DNA from: a virus
Reading direction: 5' to 3' (one strand)
IMG/VR virus record: IMGVR_UViG_3300048588_000062
DNA length: 54,057 nt
Translations under genes and position numbers: made by a program
Shown here: positions 9,867-18,974 of the stretch, piece after piece
Layout of the letters: each line of letters opens with the position of its first letter
Numbering within the stretch: position 1 is the stretch's first letter
Notes under the pieces: model-generated
Database searches by the model: none
What the model was told of the DNA's origin: nothing
The model's input: only the letters and a program-made list of their open reading frames with translations

Positions 9867-12250
9867 GCGAAGATCCGCTGCTCGTTCAGTCCGATGCGAC
9901 GATGAACGTCACCCCGCCGCCGGAAATCACCATCACCGTCAACGAGATGGGACCGCGCGGTCCGAAGGGCGACCCCGGCCCGAAGGGTGACCCCGGCACG
10001 GACGGCGACCCCGGCCCGAAGGGTGACCCCGGCCCGAAGGGGAATCCCGGTGATCCCGGTGAGGACGGCGCGCCCGGCCCGGCCGGTGAACGCGGGCCCC
10101 GCGGCTACACCGGGCCTCCGTCGTATCCGGCCACCTACCCCGATGACCTGATGGTCGGCGGCAACATCAGCGCCTGGGCTGCGGCCAACGGTGAAGACCT
10201 CGGCATCCAGAAGATCCTGGCCGACATCGACCGGCTCAACCTGAACACGGTCACGCTGCCCATCCAGATCGACGCGAACTCCGTGACCTCCTCTGTGGCC
10301 CTGGTGGACGAGGCCTCGCTGGCGTACGCCAAACGGATCAGGGCCGCACTGCCTGACCATGTAAAGGTCATCGTCGAGCCGTACCCGTTCATCGACGACG
10401 GCAACCAGTCGGAGACGTTGTGGAACCCCGACGACATGGATGTCTGGTTCTCCTACTGGCGGGAGGCGTGTGTCCGACTGGCCCGGGAGTTTCCCGGCGA
10501 GTACGCCATGTACCTGTCCTCGAACATGCCGTTCATGGAGACGGAGTGGGAACGCTGGGCCACACTGATCCAGGCGGTGCGCGGCTGGTGGACCGGGCTG
10601 CTCGCGTTCCGCACCAACTGGTGGTATACCGCACACTTCGATCCGCCATCGCAGCAGGCGTTCGCCGACCGCATCAACAACCCGCTGTGGCAGTACGTGG
10701 ACGTGCTGGTGGTCAGCGGCTACTTTGAGCTGACCGACTCTCTTGACCCCGGTGTCGACGAGCTGCGGGCCTGCCTGCATTCGACCACCATCTACGACCG
10801 GCAGCAGGACATCTACGACGAGGTGCTGCAGTTCAGTGAACGCTGGCAGAAACCGCTGTGGTTCGGGGAGCTGGCGGTGTCGCACTGGACGAACGGTGCC
10901 ACCGCGCCGTGGGATCCCGACACCGGGGACGTCTACTCGCAGATGTTGCAGCGCAACTTCTACCTGGCGTACGTCTCCGAGTTCATCAACATGGACCGGT
11001 GGCTGGGCTTCAGCATCTTCAACATCGGCCACCCGTGGTCCGACTCCGGCTACATCCTGGCGTCGGCCGCAGCCGACTACATCGCCGGGATCGCACCGGG
11101 CGAGGTGTTCGGGGTGGCCGGGCCTCGAGGTCCGGAAGGGCCGTCGGCGTACGCCGTGGCGCTGGCCAACGGTTTCGTCGGTACTGAGGCGCAGTGGCTT
11201 GAGTCACTGAAAGCCTCGGGAATGCGTATTGATGTGACCGCTTACGGGGCCAAAGGCGACGGTGTCAGCGACGACACCGCTGCCATTCAGGCTGTGCTGG
11301 ATTCCGCCCCAGCTGGATCCACGGTGTACTTCCCGGCTGGCGTTTATCTGACCACTTCCCGGCTGACGATCAAGCAGAGCGGCACCACGTTGCGCGGGGC
11401 CGGGGGCGGGTCGGTGATCCGGTTGAAAGCCGGCCGCACCGCCAACACCGACATGCTGTACGCGAAAGACCTCAGCCGGATCACGGTGGCCGACCTGACC
11501 ATCGACGCTGATCGGGTCGGCAATCCTGGCCCTGCCGTCTACACCACTTGCATTCAGTTCTCCGGTGGCACCGATCATCGGTTGACGAACCTCACCGTGA
11601 CTGGCGGGAACATCGAGGGCGTCTACGTGCACAACGCCGGGGAGGTGCTGATCGACAATGTGATCGCCACCCAGAACGGCATCTGGCGTGAGGACGCATC
11701 CGGCATCCACCTGGACACCTGCTGGAACGCGGTGCTGTCGAACATCGTGGCCGATGCCAACGGGTTCCACGGGATCATCCTCACCGCCTGTAACAACGTG
11801 GCGGTCAACAACGCGGTGCTCAGCGACAACGGGTGGAACGGGCTGATGTACCAGTTCGCCTGCACCTACTGCACCGCCGCGAACATCCACGCCAACGGCA
11901 ACTTCCGTGGCGTGTATCTGCGGGACTGGTCGAACCTGTGCCAGTTCACCAACATCAGTGGCAAGAGCAACCATGTCGGGGCTGTGGTGCTGGACAACGC
12001 CCAAGACATTTCCGTCAGAGGTTTGATCGCCACAGACAGCATGGAGTACGGGGTGAGTCTGAAAGGCGAGTGGGACACGCTGCGTCTGTCTGAGGCACTG
12101 TTCAAGAACAACGCCCTGGGAGAGATGGAGATTGTTCACTCGACCGCAGGGCTGACTCTTGGGGATTCGGCACAGAAGGCGCAGTTGAAGGCACTGGTCG
12201 CATCAGCAACAGACTTCACGGACTTCAAAGCAAAGGTGGCAGCATGGTGA
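9863..12250 (+). CDS. Tailspike or fibre: collagen-like repeats, a TIM-barrel glycoside-hydrolase-like domain and a pectate-lyase-type beta-helix
   Basis: ATGA overlap with the upstream gene. Gly-X-Y run [52 protein letters not shown]. The central region has VIVEPYP and PLWFGELAV, resembling GH5-type acid/base and nucleophile Glu contexts. A second short collagen run is GPRGPEGP. The C-terminal [40 protein letters not shown] is a classic Pectate_lyase_3 start. Confidence 0.75.
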   Translation: MSEDPLLVQSDATMNVTPPPEITITVNEMGPRGPKGDPGPKGDPGTDGDPGPKGDPGPKGNPGDPGEDGAPGPAGERGPRGYTGPPSYPATYPDDLMVGGNISAWAAANGEDLGIQKILADIDRLNLNTVTLPIQIDANSVTSSVALVDEASLAYAKRIRAALPDHVKVIVEPYPFIDDGNQSETLWNPDDMDVWFSYWREACVRLAREFPGEYAMYLSSNMPFMETEWERWATLIQAVRGWWTGLLAFRTNWWYTAHFDPPSQQAFADRINNPLWQYVDVLVVSGYFELTDSLDPGVDELRACLHSTTIYDRQQDIYDEVLQFSERWQKPLWFGELAVSHWTNGATAPWDPDTGDVYSQMLQRNFYLAYVSEFINMDRWLGFSIFNIGHPWSDSGYILASAAADYIAGIAPGEVFGVAGPRGPEGPSAYAVALANGFVGTEAQWLESLKASGMRIDVTAYGAKGDGVSDDTAAIQAVLDSAPAGSTVYFPAGVYLTTSRLTIKQSGTTLRGAGGGSVIRLKAGRTANTDMLYAKDLSRITVADLTIDADRVGNPGPAVYTTCIQFSGGTDHRLTNLTVTGGNIEGVYVHNAGEVLIDNVIATQNGIWREDASGIHLDTCWNAVLSNIVADANGFHGIILTACNNVAVNNAVLSDNGWNGLMYQFACTYCTAANIHANGNFRGVYLRDWSNLCQFTNISGKSNHVGAVVLDNAQDISVRGLIATDSMEYGVSLKGEWDTLRLSEALFKNNALGEMEIVHSTAGLTLGDSAQKAQLKALVASATDFTDFKAKVAAW

Positions 12251-12492
12251 GGAAAGCATGGAGCGGTGATCTGAACGCAGGATTCATCCTGGTGTTGCAG
12301 ATCGTGTCGGGATCGTTGTTCATCTTCTTCGCAATGGTCGGCTGTGTGCTGATCTACGACGCTTGGGACACCACGGTGGACGGCCCGGAGATCAGTGCCA
12401 ACGCGCAGAACCTGATCCTCACTTTGTCCGGCGGTGTGCTGGCGCTGCTGTCGTCGATCGTCGGGCGCTACTTCGGAAAGAGGACGTTATGA
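12244..12492 (+). CDS. Two-TM membrane protein (holin candidate)
   Basis: 82 aa with two hydrophobic spans ([26 protein letters not shown] and [18 protein letters not shown]). It lies upstream of the endolysin. Confidence 0.55.
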   Translation: MVRKAWSGDLNAGFILVLQIVSGSLFIFFAMVGCVLIYDAWDTTVDGPEISANAQNLILTLSGGVLALLSSIVGRYFGKRTL

Positions 12493-12773
12493 GAGATCCG
12501 CACCCCGGCATGGTTCGAGTTGTCATCATGCTGACCGGGGCGATCTGCGTGCTGTTCCTGCTGGTGTCGGTCGCCGTGCTGATGGGCGCGCTGGGCGCCA
12601 ACCGGCAACTCTCTGACGGGGAGGCAGGTTTGCTCTTGGTACTCGGTACCGGGATGATCGGACTTGTGTCAGCAGGACTTGGCGCCTACTTCGGCATCGA
12701 GGAGCCGCTGGCGCCGGAGAACCAACCGTTTGCAGTTCACAAGGAGGCACACCATGCCAGCAGTGATGGATGA
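12489..12773 (+). CDS. Two-TM membrane protein, paralogue of the preceding gene (holin or antiholin candidate)
   Basis: ATGA overlap start at 12489; the track's longer 12363 start is unlikely. TM spans are VVIMLTGAICVLFLLVSVAVLMGALGA and LLLVLGTGMIGLVSAGLGAYFG. It shares the G-x-YFG C-terminal motif with 12244..12492. Confidence 0.55.
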   Translation: MRDPHPGMVRVVIMLTGAICVLFLLVSVAVLMGALGANRQLSDGEAGLLLVLGTGMIGLVSAGLGAYFGIEEPLAPENQPFAVHKEAHHASSDG

Positions 12774-12936
12774 GTTCGGCGATGAGCAGGACGTGGACGC
12801 CGATCTCAACGCAGAGGACGCCGAAGTCGAGACGGCCGAGGAGTACGCCTACGTGGAGCCGAGCACGGATGTGCCGGCACCCGGGGACGACGTGCCCGAC
12901 CAGAACCCCGGCTTCATCGAAGGAGCACACTCATGA
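12754..12936 (+). CDS. Small acidic protein (60 aa)
   Basis: ATG 12754 is preceded by AAGGAGG (12741-12747). Sequence MPAVMDEFGDEQDVDADLNAEDAEVETAEEYAY... The stop overlaps the endolysin start. Confidence 0.5.
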   Translation: MPAVMDEFGDEQDVDADLNAEDAEVETAEEYAYVEPSTDVPAPGDDVPDQNPGFIEGAHS

Positions 12937-13577
12937 GGAACGGTCGTGAAGCGGCGAAGGCCTTCAAGGCGAAGCAGACCAACAAGGTCAACATGTGCCT
13001 GTGGGAGTGCCAGGAGATCTACCCGACGAACCACTGGTACCCGTCGGCGATCAGCCAGTGGCACAACGCCAAGAAGAAGCACACCAGCAAGAAGAACATC
13101 CCGATCGGTGCACCGATCTACTACTCGGGCGGGAAGTACGGCCATGTCGTTCTGTACGTCGGTGATGGGATGGTGCGTTCTACCGATGCAGGTGGCCGTG
13201 GCCGGATGGCGACTGTGCCGATCGAATGGTTCCAGCGCGCCTGGGGTTACAAGTACGAGGGCTGGAGCGAGGATCTTGGCGGCAAGGACATCGACTTCGA
13301 CACCACCATCACGGTCTACGTGAACCGGCTCAAGCCCGGCGTGGACGACAGCGACAGCGTGAAGCAGCTGCGTTACCGGCTGATCCGTCGCGGCTTCCTC
13401 AAGGTGTCCGAACCGTTGAGCCTGGAACGGCCCGGCAACAAGTACACCCCGGCGGTCGAGCGTGCTGTCAAGAAGTGGCAGAAGAAGAAGGGCTACCGCC
13501 AGACCGGCGTGCTGAACAACAAGCAGGCCAAGCACTTCTTCGAGCCGAACCCGAAGGTGAAGGTCGTAGCCGAATGA
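12933..13577 (+). CDS. Endolysin: NlpC/P60-like cysteine peptidase plus a PG_binding_1 domain
   Basis: The Cys context (NMCLWECQE) and His context (GKYGHVVLYVGDG) fit a papain-like peptidase. The C-terminal VKQLRYRLIRRGFL ... YTPAVERAVKKWQKKKGYRQTGVL matches the peptidoglycan-binding repeat pattern. Confidence 0.8.
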   Translation: MRNGREAAKAFKAKQTNKVNMCLWECQEIYPTNHWYPSAISQWHNAKKKHTSKKNIPIGAPIYYSGGKYGHVVLYVGDGMVRSTDAGGRGRMATVPIEWFQRAWGYKYEGWSEDLGGKDIDFDTTITVYVNRLKPGVDDSDSVKQLRYRLIRRGFLKVSEPLSLERPGNKYTPAVERAVKKWQKKKGYRQTGVLNNKQAKHFFEPNPKVKVVAE

Positions 13578-13786
13578 GTATGGAGATTGCCACCCGATTC
13601 CAGTTTCATCCCGCGGATACGACGGACAAGCAGGATCGTCACGAGGCAGTGCGGTTGATGCACGGTGACCTCGCGCACTGGATTGAGACGGCGGTGCCGG
13701 ACAGCCGGGAGCGTTCACTCGCATTGACCGCACTGCAGGAGTCGATGATGTGGTGCAACGCTGCGGTGGCGTACCGGAGGGACTGA
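13574..13786 (+). CDS. Small conserved helical phage protein (70 aa)
   Basis: ATGA overlap start at 13574. The pattern FQFHP...RHEAVR...SRERSLALTALQESMMWCNAAVA recurs in many actinophage small proteins of unknown function, as I recall. Confidence 0.5.
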   Translation: MSMEIATRFQFHPADTTDKQDRHEAVRLMHGDLAHWIETAVPDSRERSLALTALQESMMWCNAAVAYRRD

Positions 13787-14052
13787 TGACTGTGGAGCCG
13801 AACATGGTGACTGTCGTGCCGACCGCTGCGGACGACACCGGCATCACCATGTTCGGCGTCCATCGCATGGTCAACGGCGAGGACGAGATCGTGGCCATGT
13901 ACTGCGGCACCGATTTCATCTGGCCGGACCCGTGGACCGACATCTGGGACGAAGGTGTTCCGGTCATCTGGGAGAACGTGTGGAGAGATAAATGGTCGGC
14001 GCAGTTCGCACCGCCCTCCGGAGAAAGGATCGCCACTGATGGGAGCGAGTAG
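13786..14052 (+). CDS. Hypothetical protein (88 aa)
   Basis: TGATG junction start at 13786 with GGAGGG upstream. Trp/Asp-rich with good GC3. Confidence 0.5.
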   Translation: MTVEPNMVTVVPTAADDTGITMFGVHRMVNGEDEIVAMYCGTDFIWPDPWTDIWDEGVPVIWENVWRDKWSAQFAPPSGERIATDGSE

Positions 14053-14554
14053 CGCACCCGAGTTCCCGTTCCCCAACGGGCAGCCCGGAAAGGAACCGGC
14101 CGATCCGGTGGCCGGCAAACCAGGGCACTTCGCCTGGTCGAGGTGGATCAAGGAGTTCATCAAGCGCCTCGACCGCGAGGCCGTGAAGATCTCCGGTGAC
14201 ACGATGACCGGGCCGCTGGTGCTGAAGAACGGTGCCACCCAGGTCGAGCTGCGCAACAACGGCACGGCGTTAAAGGTGTCCGGGCCGGTGGAGACGGTGA
14301 CCCCCGCAGCGAACAATCACGCGGCCACGAAGCAGTATGTGGACACCCGCATCCCTCCGTACTTCGAGGGGACGTTCACCGCGGGCCTGACCGGGTGGGC
14401 GCCGCTGACCGGGTTGAAAGCCGGTGCGCTGGTGCAGTCCCTGCTGGACGTGTCCTCCACACCCACCACGATCTCCCTGCTACTCAACCCGTCCAACAAC
14501 AACGTGTACCTGGGTCCGAACACCACGCGGACCCTGCGCATCTGGTACGTGTAG
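14039..14554 (+). CDS. Tail fibre protein
   Basis: Start ATG 14039 with GGAGAAAGGA upstream. It has the SGDTMTGPL motif typical of phage fibre N-termini, and its N-terminal segment is shared with the next gene. Confidence 0.65.
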   Translation: MGASSAPEFPFPNGQPGKEPADPVAGKPGHFAWSRWIKEFIKRLDREAVKISGDTMTGPLVLKNGATQVELRNNGTALKVSGPVETVTPAANNHAATKQYVDTRIPPYFEGTFTAGLTGWAPLTGLKAGALVQSLLDVSSTPTTISLLLNPSNNNVYLGPNTTRTLRIWYV

Positions 14555-14563
14555 GAGCCCGCC

Positions 14564-15421
14564 ATGTCGTCACTGCTGCCCACCCCGGAACCGGCTGATC
14601 CGGTCGAGGGCGAACCCGGCCACTTCGAGCACACCAACTGGGTGAAGGCCGCGCTGAAGGCACTCGACCGTGGACTGCTGCGCAAACCCGCTGGCAGCAC
14701 CCCGGCCGGCAAACTGCTGGGCACCACCTCGGAGAACACCTGGGAGCCGGTGGACCCGGCTGCGATCGGCAGCGTCCCGCGCGGTGTGATCGTGGCGTAC
14801 AACGGCGACACCTCACCGACCGGCTGGGCGATCTGCAACGGGTCGAACGGCACACCCGATCTGCGCGACCGGTTCATCGTCGGGGTCTCCGCGACCAAGG
14901 CCCGCGGCACCCGTGCCGGGGTGGAGTCGGTGAAGCTGACCTCCGCACAGTCAGGATCCCCGGCGCACACCCACACCACGGACAGCAAGGACGCCGCGCA
15001 CAGCCACGAGGTCAACACGATCAAGTTGGACCACGGCCACACCGGTTACACCTATCACCCGTCCGGCCCCGCGCATGACGGCTGGCACTCTCATGGTGGA
15101 GGTGGGCACTCCCACCCGTTGTGGGCGTTGCAGGATGTGGCGCTGGGCAGCCCGAACGCCCGGCGTATCACAGGTGGCAGTCAAGGGTCTGCCGGCGGAT
15201 CGTGGGACGGCACAGGAGGCGGTGACCACTCGCACGACAACGGGGCGCACGGCCACCACATCGGGATCAACGGGTATGTGGGATCGCTGACCGGGATCAC
15301 CACCAAGCCCGCGAACGCCACACATTCCCACGGGGTGAACGCGAACGCCGCGGCCGACGCCTCGCAGGCCCACGACAACATGCCGCCGTACTACGCCCTC
15401 GTCTACATCATGAAGCTCTAG
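14564..15421 (+). CDS. Tail fibre with a phage tail-collar domain and an HxH-rich segment
   Basis: Tail-collar signature GVIVAYNGDTSPTGWAICNGSNGTPDLRDRFIVG, ending in NMPPYYALVYIMKL. It carries nine HxH triplets by my count (HTH, HSH x5, HGH x2, HDG-type neighbours). Confidence 0.8.
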   Translation: MSSLLPTPEPADPVEGEPGHFEHTNWVKAALKALDRGLLRKPAGSTPAGKLLGTTSENTWEPVDPAAIGSVPRGVIVAYNGDTSPTGWAICNGSNGTPDLRDRFIVGVSATKARGTRAGVESVKLTSAQSGSPAHTHTTDSKDAAHSHEVNTIKLDHGHTGYTYHPSGPAHDGWHSHGGGGHSHPLWALQDVALGSPNARRITGGSQGSAGGSWDGTGGGDHSHDNGAHGHHIGINGYVGSLTGITTKPANATHSHGVNANAAADASQAHDNMPPYYALVYIMKL

Positions 15422-15434
15422 GAGGTGCTGCTCT

Positions 15435-16973
15435 ATGGGACTGACACCGTGGGACCGTCCTCAGGGCCGTCCCAGCTGGCAGCCTGAGGACCGCAAGGAA
15501 CCGCGCACCCCGGCGAAGAAACAACAATCCACCGCCCCGGACATGAGCAAGGGCGGTATGCCCGAGACTGTCTGGAGTTCCCTGCCGATGCAGTGGAAGT
15601 CCCCGGAGACAGTGGCGAAGGACGCGATGGACGCGGCGACCCGCGCTCTTTCACCTGCTCCTCCGCAGACGTTCAAGGCGCTGGACCTGGCCACCGAAGC
15701 GGTGCAGAACGCGCAACGCTCGTTGCAGCCGCAGCCGTCCCAGGCCGAGCTGGACTGGATGAACGCCAACAACTGGGAGGTCGTGGACCTTGAGGCGACC
15801 CAGGCCGAGCGGAACAAGTACCGGCTGAAGAACGTCCGCGATCTGAAGCCGTACTCCTATCTGCCGTCCGATGCGCAGATCAAAGAACTGCAACGGCTGT
15901 ACCAGACCGAGCAGCCCAAGGAGGGTGAGGAGAAGGTCGCACCGTCCGGGGCGCTCGAGGTCGACGACATGCAGGTCGGACGGATGACCTGGGAGGAGTA
16001 CGACGCGCTGACCGACGAGCAGCGCATGGCGGTCGAGTTCAACACGCAACTGTTCAGGGCCCGGCGCAAGGACCTGAAGCAGAGGATCGACCCGTACGAG
16101 GCCCGGGCCATGAAGGACGAGTACGAGCAGAAGGTGGAGGAGATGTTCGGGGCCGACGGCGGTTCCTCCATCTTCGCCCCGAACGTGGTGAAACTGCTCG
16201 ACGAGGTGGACTTCAAGGCTGTCGGCCAGGACCTGGACCAGTTCCTGTCGATGGAGCGGGCGATCGACGCCGACGAACTGGCGCAGTTCACCATGAAGCG
16301 GATGCCGATTGAACAGGGCGAAGTGGTGGAGAAGCACACCGCCGGGCAGAACGCCAGCCTCGTCCCCCGCGGAGTTGTCCCCGTTCCCGGTGGAGGGGTG
16401 CTGCCGGCACCCCGCACCGACAGCGAGATCACCCCGGAGGAAACCTATCTGGAGTACACCAACTACGACTCGATCATGACGCCGGCCAACCAGCGGGCGA
16501 TCGACGCGGCAATGGTGTCCGGGTTCGACCAGGCGCTGCGGGAGAAGATGCGCACCGCCAGCCTGGTGAAGTGGGATGTGGCCTCCACCTGGCAGGGCAT
16601 CAACCCGGCCAGCTTCGAGGGCCGCCCGAAGAAACTCGACGAGATCCCGTTCGGGTTCACCCTCGTCAACGATGCGTTCAACGGGCAGACCCGCAGCCTG
16701 CGCCAGGACAAGAACGACCAGGAGTGGGACGCCTGGTTGTGGATGGTCAAGCGGGAACTGGAGAACCCCGAGGCCTCGGACTTCTCTGTCGAACTGGAGA
16801 TGGACCACTACGACTTCGATGCCGCAGACCGAGCGAAGTTCTACAACTGGATCAACGAGCAGACGATGAAGGAGATCCAGTTTGGCTACCCTGATCAGGG
16901 GCGGCGTAGAAGCCCGGAAGAGATCCGCAAGATCGTAGGACTGGAAGGGCCCGCTGATGGCAAAGAAGAATGA
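15435..16973 (+). CDS. Hypothetical structural or internal virion protein (512 aa, acidic)
   Basis: Strong SD (AGGAGG). High GC3 checked by hand across the ORF. No recognisable motif. Confidence 0.6.
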   Translation: MGLTPWDRPQGRPSWQPEDRKEPRTPAKKQQSTAPDMSKGGMPETVWSSLPMQWKSPETVAKDAMDAATRALSPAPPQTFKALDLATEAVQNAQRSLQPQPSQAELDWMNANNWEVVDLEATQAERNKYRLKNVRDLKPYSYLPSDAQIKELQRLYQTEQPKEGEEKVAPSGALEVDDMQVGRMTWEEYDALTDEQRMAVEFNTQLFRARRKDLKQRIDPYEARAMKDEYEQKVEEMFGADGGSSIFAPNVVKLLDEVDFKAVGQDLDQFLSMERAIDADELAQFTMKRMPIEQGEVVEKHTAGQNASLVPRGVVPVPGGGVLPAPRTDSEITPEETYLEYTNYDSIMTPANQRAIDAAMVSGFDQALREKMRTASLVKWDVASTWQGINPASFEGRPKKLDEIPFGFTLVNDAFNGQTRSLRQDKNDQEWDAWLWMVKRELENPEASDFSVELEMDHYDFDAADRAKFYNWINEQTMKEIQFGYPDQGRRRSPEEIRKIVGLEGPADGKEE

Positions 16974-18225
16974 CGGCAAGAAGACGGTTCCGCTCGCCCC
17001 GAAAGGCCCGCGACCCAGTGCCAAGCCCACAGGCTCCCCGAAGACGACACCGAAGTCGGCACCGTCCGGTTCGCGTCCCGGTGGCTCCTCGAAGAAATCG
17101 GGCAGCACCGGCAGCGGGGCGAAGGGTTACGAGAAGCGGCAGGTAGCCCGCGAGAACGAGGCCAAGGACAAGGCCAGGGACAGATACCTGCGCCAGGCCA
17201 AGACCCTCGGCATTCAGATCGACGCCAAGCGGGAAGGCCTCAAGCAGCTGAAGCTGTCCCGCGACCAGAACCTGACCGACATCGGGCAGCTCATCGACGC
17301 CCAGCTCGGACAGTTGAAGGAGGGTGCGGCCAAGCGGGGTGCGGGATTCCTGACCGCGGCCGACAACAACGCCAAGGCCACCGACTCCTCCCAGCAGCAG
17401 AACACCTCCAACCTGGTGCGCGAGCAGAGCGAGGCCACCGAGCAGATCCTGACGCAAGGTGCCGGCGAGACGGACATGATGAAGGCGTTGCTGATGGGCG
17501 CCCGGAACTGGCAGGCCAACACCTCCGAGGCGAACCGGGCCTACTTCGACACCCAGGCCTCGGTCAACCAGGGCATCACCGACCTGAACCTCGACACGCA
17601 GACCGCACTGTCCAACACCTGGACACAAGGTGAAGCGGACAAGGAGAAGATCTGGCAGGAGTTCCGCGACTCCCGCTCGGAGATCTGGAACGAGATCGCC
17701 AACCTGGAAGGCCAGCAGGCCGAGTCCTACTCCTACGCCAAGGAGATGGAGACCGGCAGTGACGACAAGGGCGGCGACGACAAGAAGGTGCTCGGCAAGA
17801 AGAAGGACGACGGCAAGGGCAAGGGCAAGGGCAAAGGCAAGAAGAAGGACGACGGCAAGGATGAGCCGCGTAAGGCGAGCGCCCTGGCGATGACCACTTC
17901 AGCAGTGCCGGACAAGAAGAAGAAGAAGTCCGGGCTGCCCACGGCCCGTGGCAGGGCCACCGGGATGGCCAAGAAGATCCCCGATCAGAAGGTCGGCAAG
18001 GACTCGATGAAGCGCAGCCGCCGGCAGATGCGCACCGCACTGGAGAAGTCGGCGGAGGAACAGGGCGAGTCGTACGAGCAGAAGCCCCTGCCGAACTGGA
18101 TCGAGAACTACGAAGGCACTGCGCAGCAGGAAGCCAGCCAGGGCAACAGCAACCTGGGGGCGGCGATGACGATGGGCCCGGTCGGCAAGGCTGAGGGTGC
18201 CTCGTTGAGGAGATGGTCGGCATGA
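16957..18225 (+). CDS. Lys-rich, low-complexity, coiled-coil protein (internal or core protein candidate)
   Basis: 422 aa, with GKGKGKGKGKKKDDGK encoded by (GGCAAG)n and a 25-nt direct repeat (17794-17818 and 17836-17860). Confidence 0.6.
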   Translation: MAKKNDGKKTVPLAPKGPRPSAKPTGSPKTTPKSAPSGSRPGGSSKKSGSTGSGAKGYEKRQVARENEAKDKARDRYLRQAKTLGIQIDAKREGLKQLKLSRDQNLTDIGQLIDAQLGQLKEGAAKRGAGFLTAADNNAKATDSSQQQNTSNLVREQSEATEQILTQGAGETDMMKALLMGARNWQANTSEANRAYFDTQASVNQGITDLNLDTQTALSNTWTQGEADKEKIWQEFRDSRSEIWNEIANLEGQQAESYSYAKEMETGSDDKGGDDKKVLGKKKDDGKGKGKGKGKKKDDGKDEPRKASALAMTTSAVPDKKKKKSGLPTARGRATGMAKKIPDQKVGKDSMKRSRRQMRTALEKSAEEQGESYEQKPLPNWIENYEGTAQQEASQGNSNLGAAMTMGPVGKAEGASLRRWSA

Positions 18226-18974
18226 ACATCGACATCGAGATGACCCTCGACGACGCGGTCAACGAAGTGCTCGGACTGCTCACCGGCCTGGACCTGGCCT
18301 ATGAACCGGAGCAGGACCGCTACCGCACCATCACCCGGCAACTGAACCGGGCGCTGCGGGCCAACGCCCTGGAACAGGAGTGGGGCTACTACGCCTCCGA
18401 ACTCGAGGTCGGCAAAGCGGTGAAAGGGCAACGCGACCTGCTGCTACCGAACTCGGTGCGACCCCGGATCATCAACGACGACTCGGTGCGGTTCAAGAAG
18501 GACGGACGCACCGTGATCTGGGCGTACTTCCTGCCACGGGAATCGCTGTCCAAGTACGAGGGGCGGCCCGGGCTGTGGTGCGCGGTGACCCGGCAGAACT
18601 TGGAGTTCTCCCGGCCGTTCACCTTGCGCGAGGACGGGCTGACGGTGTTCCTGCCGGTGATGCGGGAGCCGCGGATGTTCCGGCTGCCCCCGACCGGAGA
18701 GGAAGTGTCGGACATCGTGCGCAACCAGCGCATCGACTTCGACTACCCGGACGTGGTGATCACCCGCGCCGCGTTCTACTACGTGCAGACCGATCCGGTG
18801 ATGCAGCCCAGGACACAGACGTTGGAAGCCGCGTACAAGGATCTGATGTACCAGATCATGGAACGTGACAAGCGGAACACGGACATGCCGTACTCCAACG
18901 AGTTCGAGCTGGGCATCCAGAACGGGCTGGTCGGGGACGGCATGAGCCACTGGCACCCTCACGCGGAGAAGTAG
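18222..18974 (+). CDS. Hypothetical tail or adaptor protein
   Basis: I prefer ATG 18222 (ATGA overlap with the upstream stop, GAGGAG 9 nt upstream) over the track start at 18213. It lies directly upstream of the 1,192-aa tail protein. Confidence 0.55.
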   Translation: MNIDIEMTLDDAVNEVLGLLTGLDLAYEPEQDRYRTITRQLNRALRANALEQEWGYYASELEVGKAVKGQRDLLLPNSVRPRIINDDSVRFKKDGRTVIWAYFLPRESLSKYEGRPGLWCAVTRQNLEFSRPFTLREDGLTVFLPVMREPRMFRLPPTGEEVSDIVRNQRIDFDYPDVVITRAAFYYVQTDPVMQPRTQTLEAAYKDLMYQIMERDKRNTDMPYSNEFELGIQNGLVGDGMSHWHPHAEK

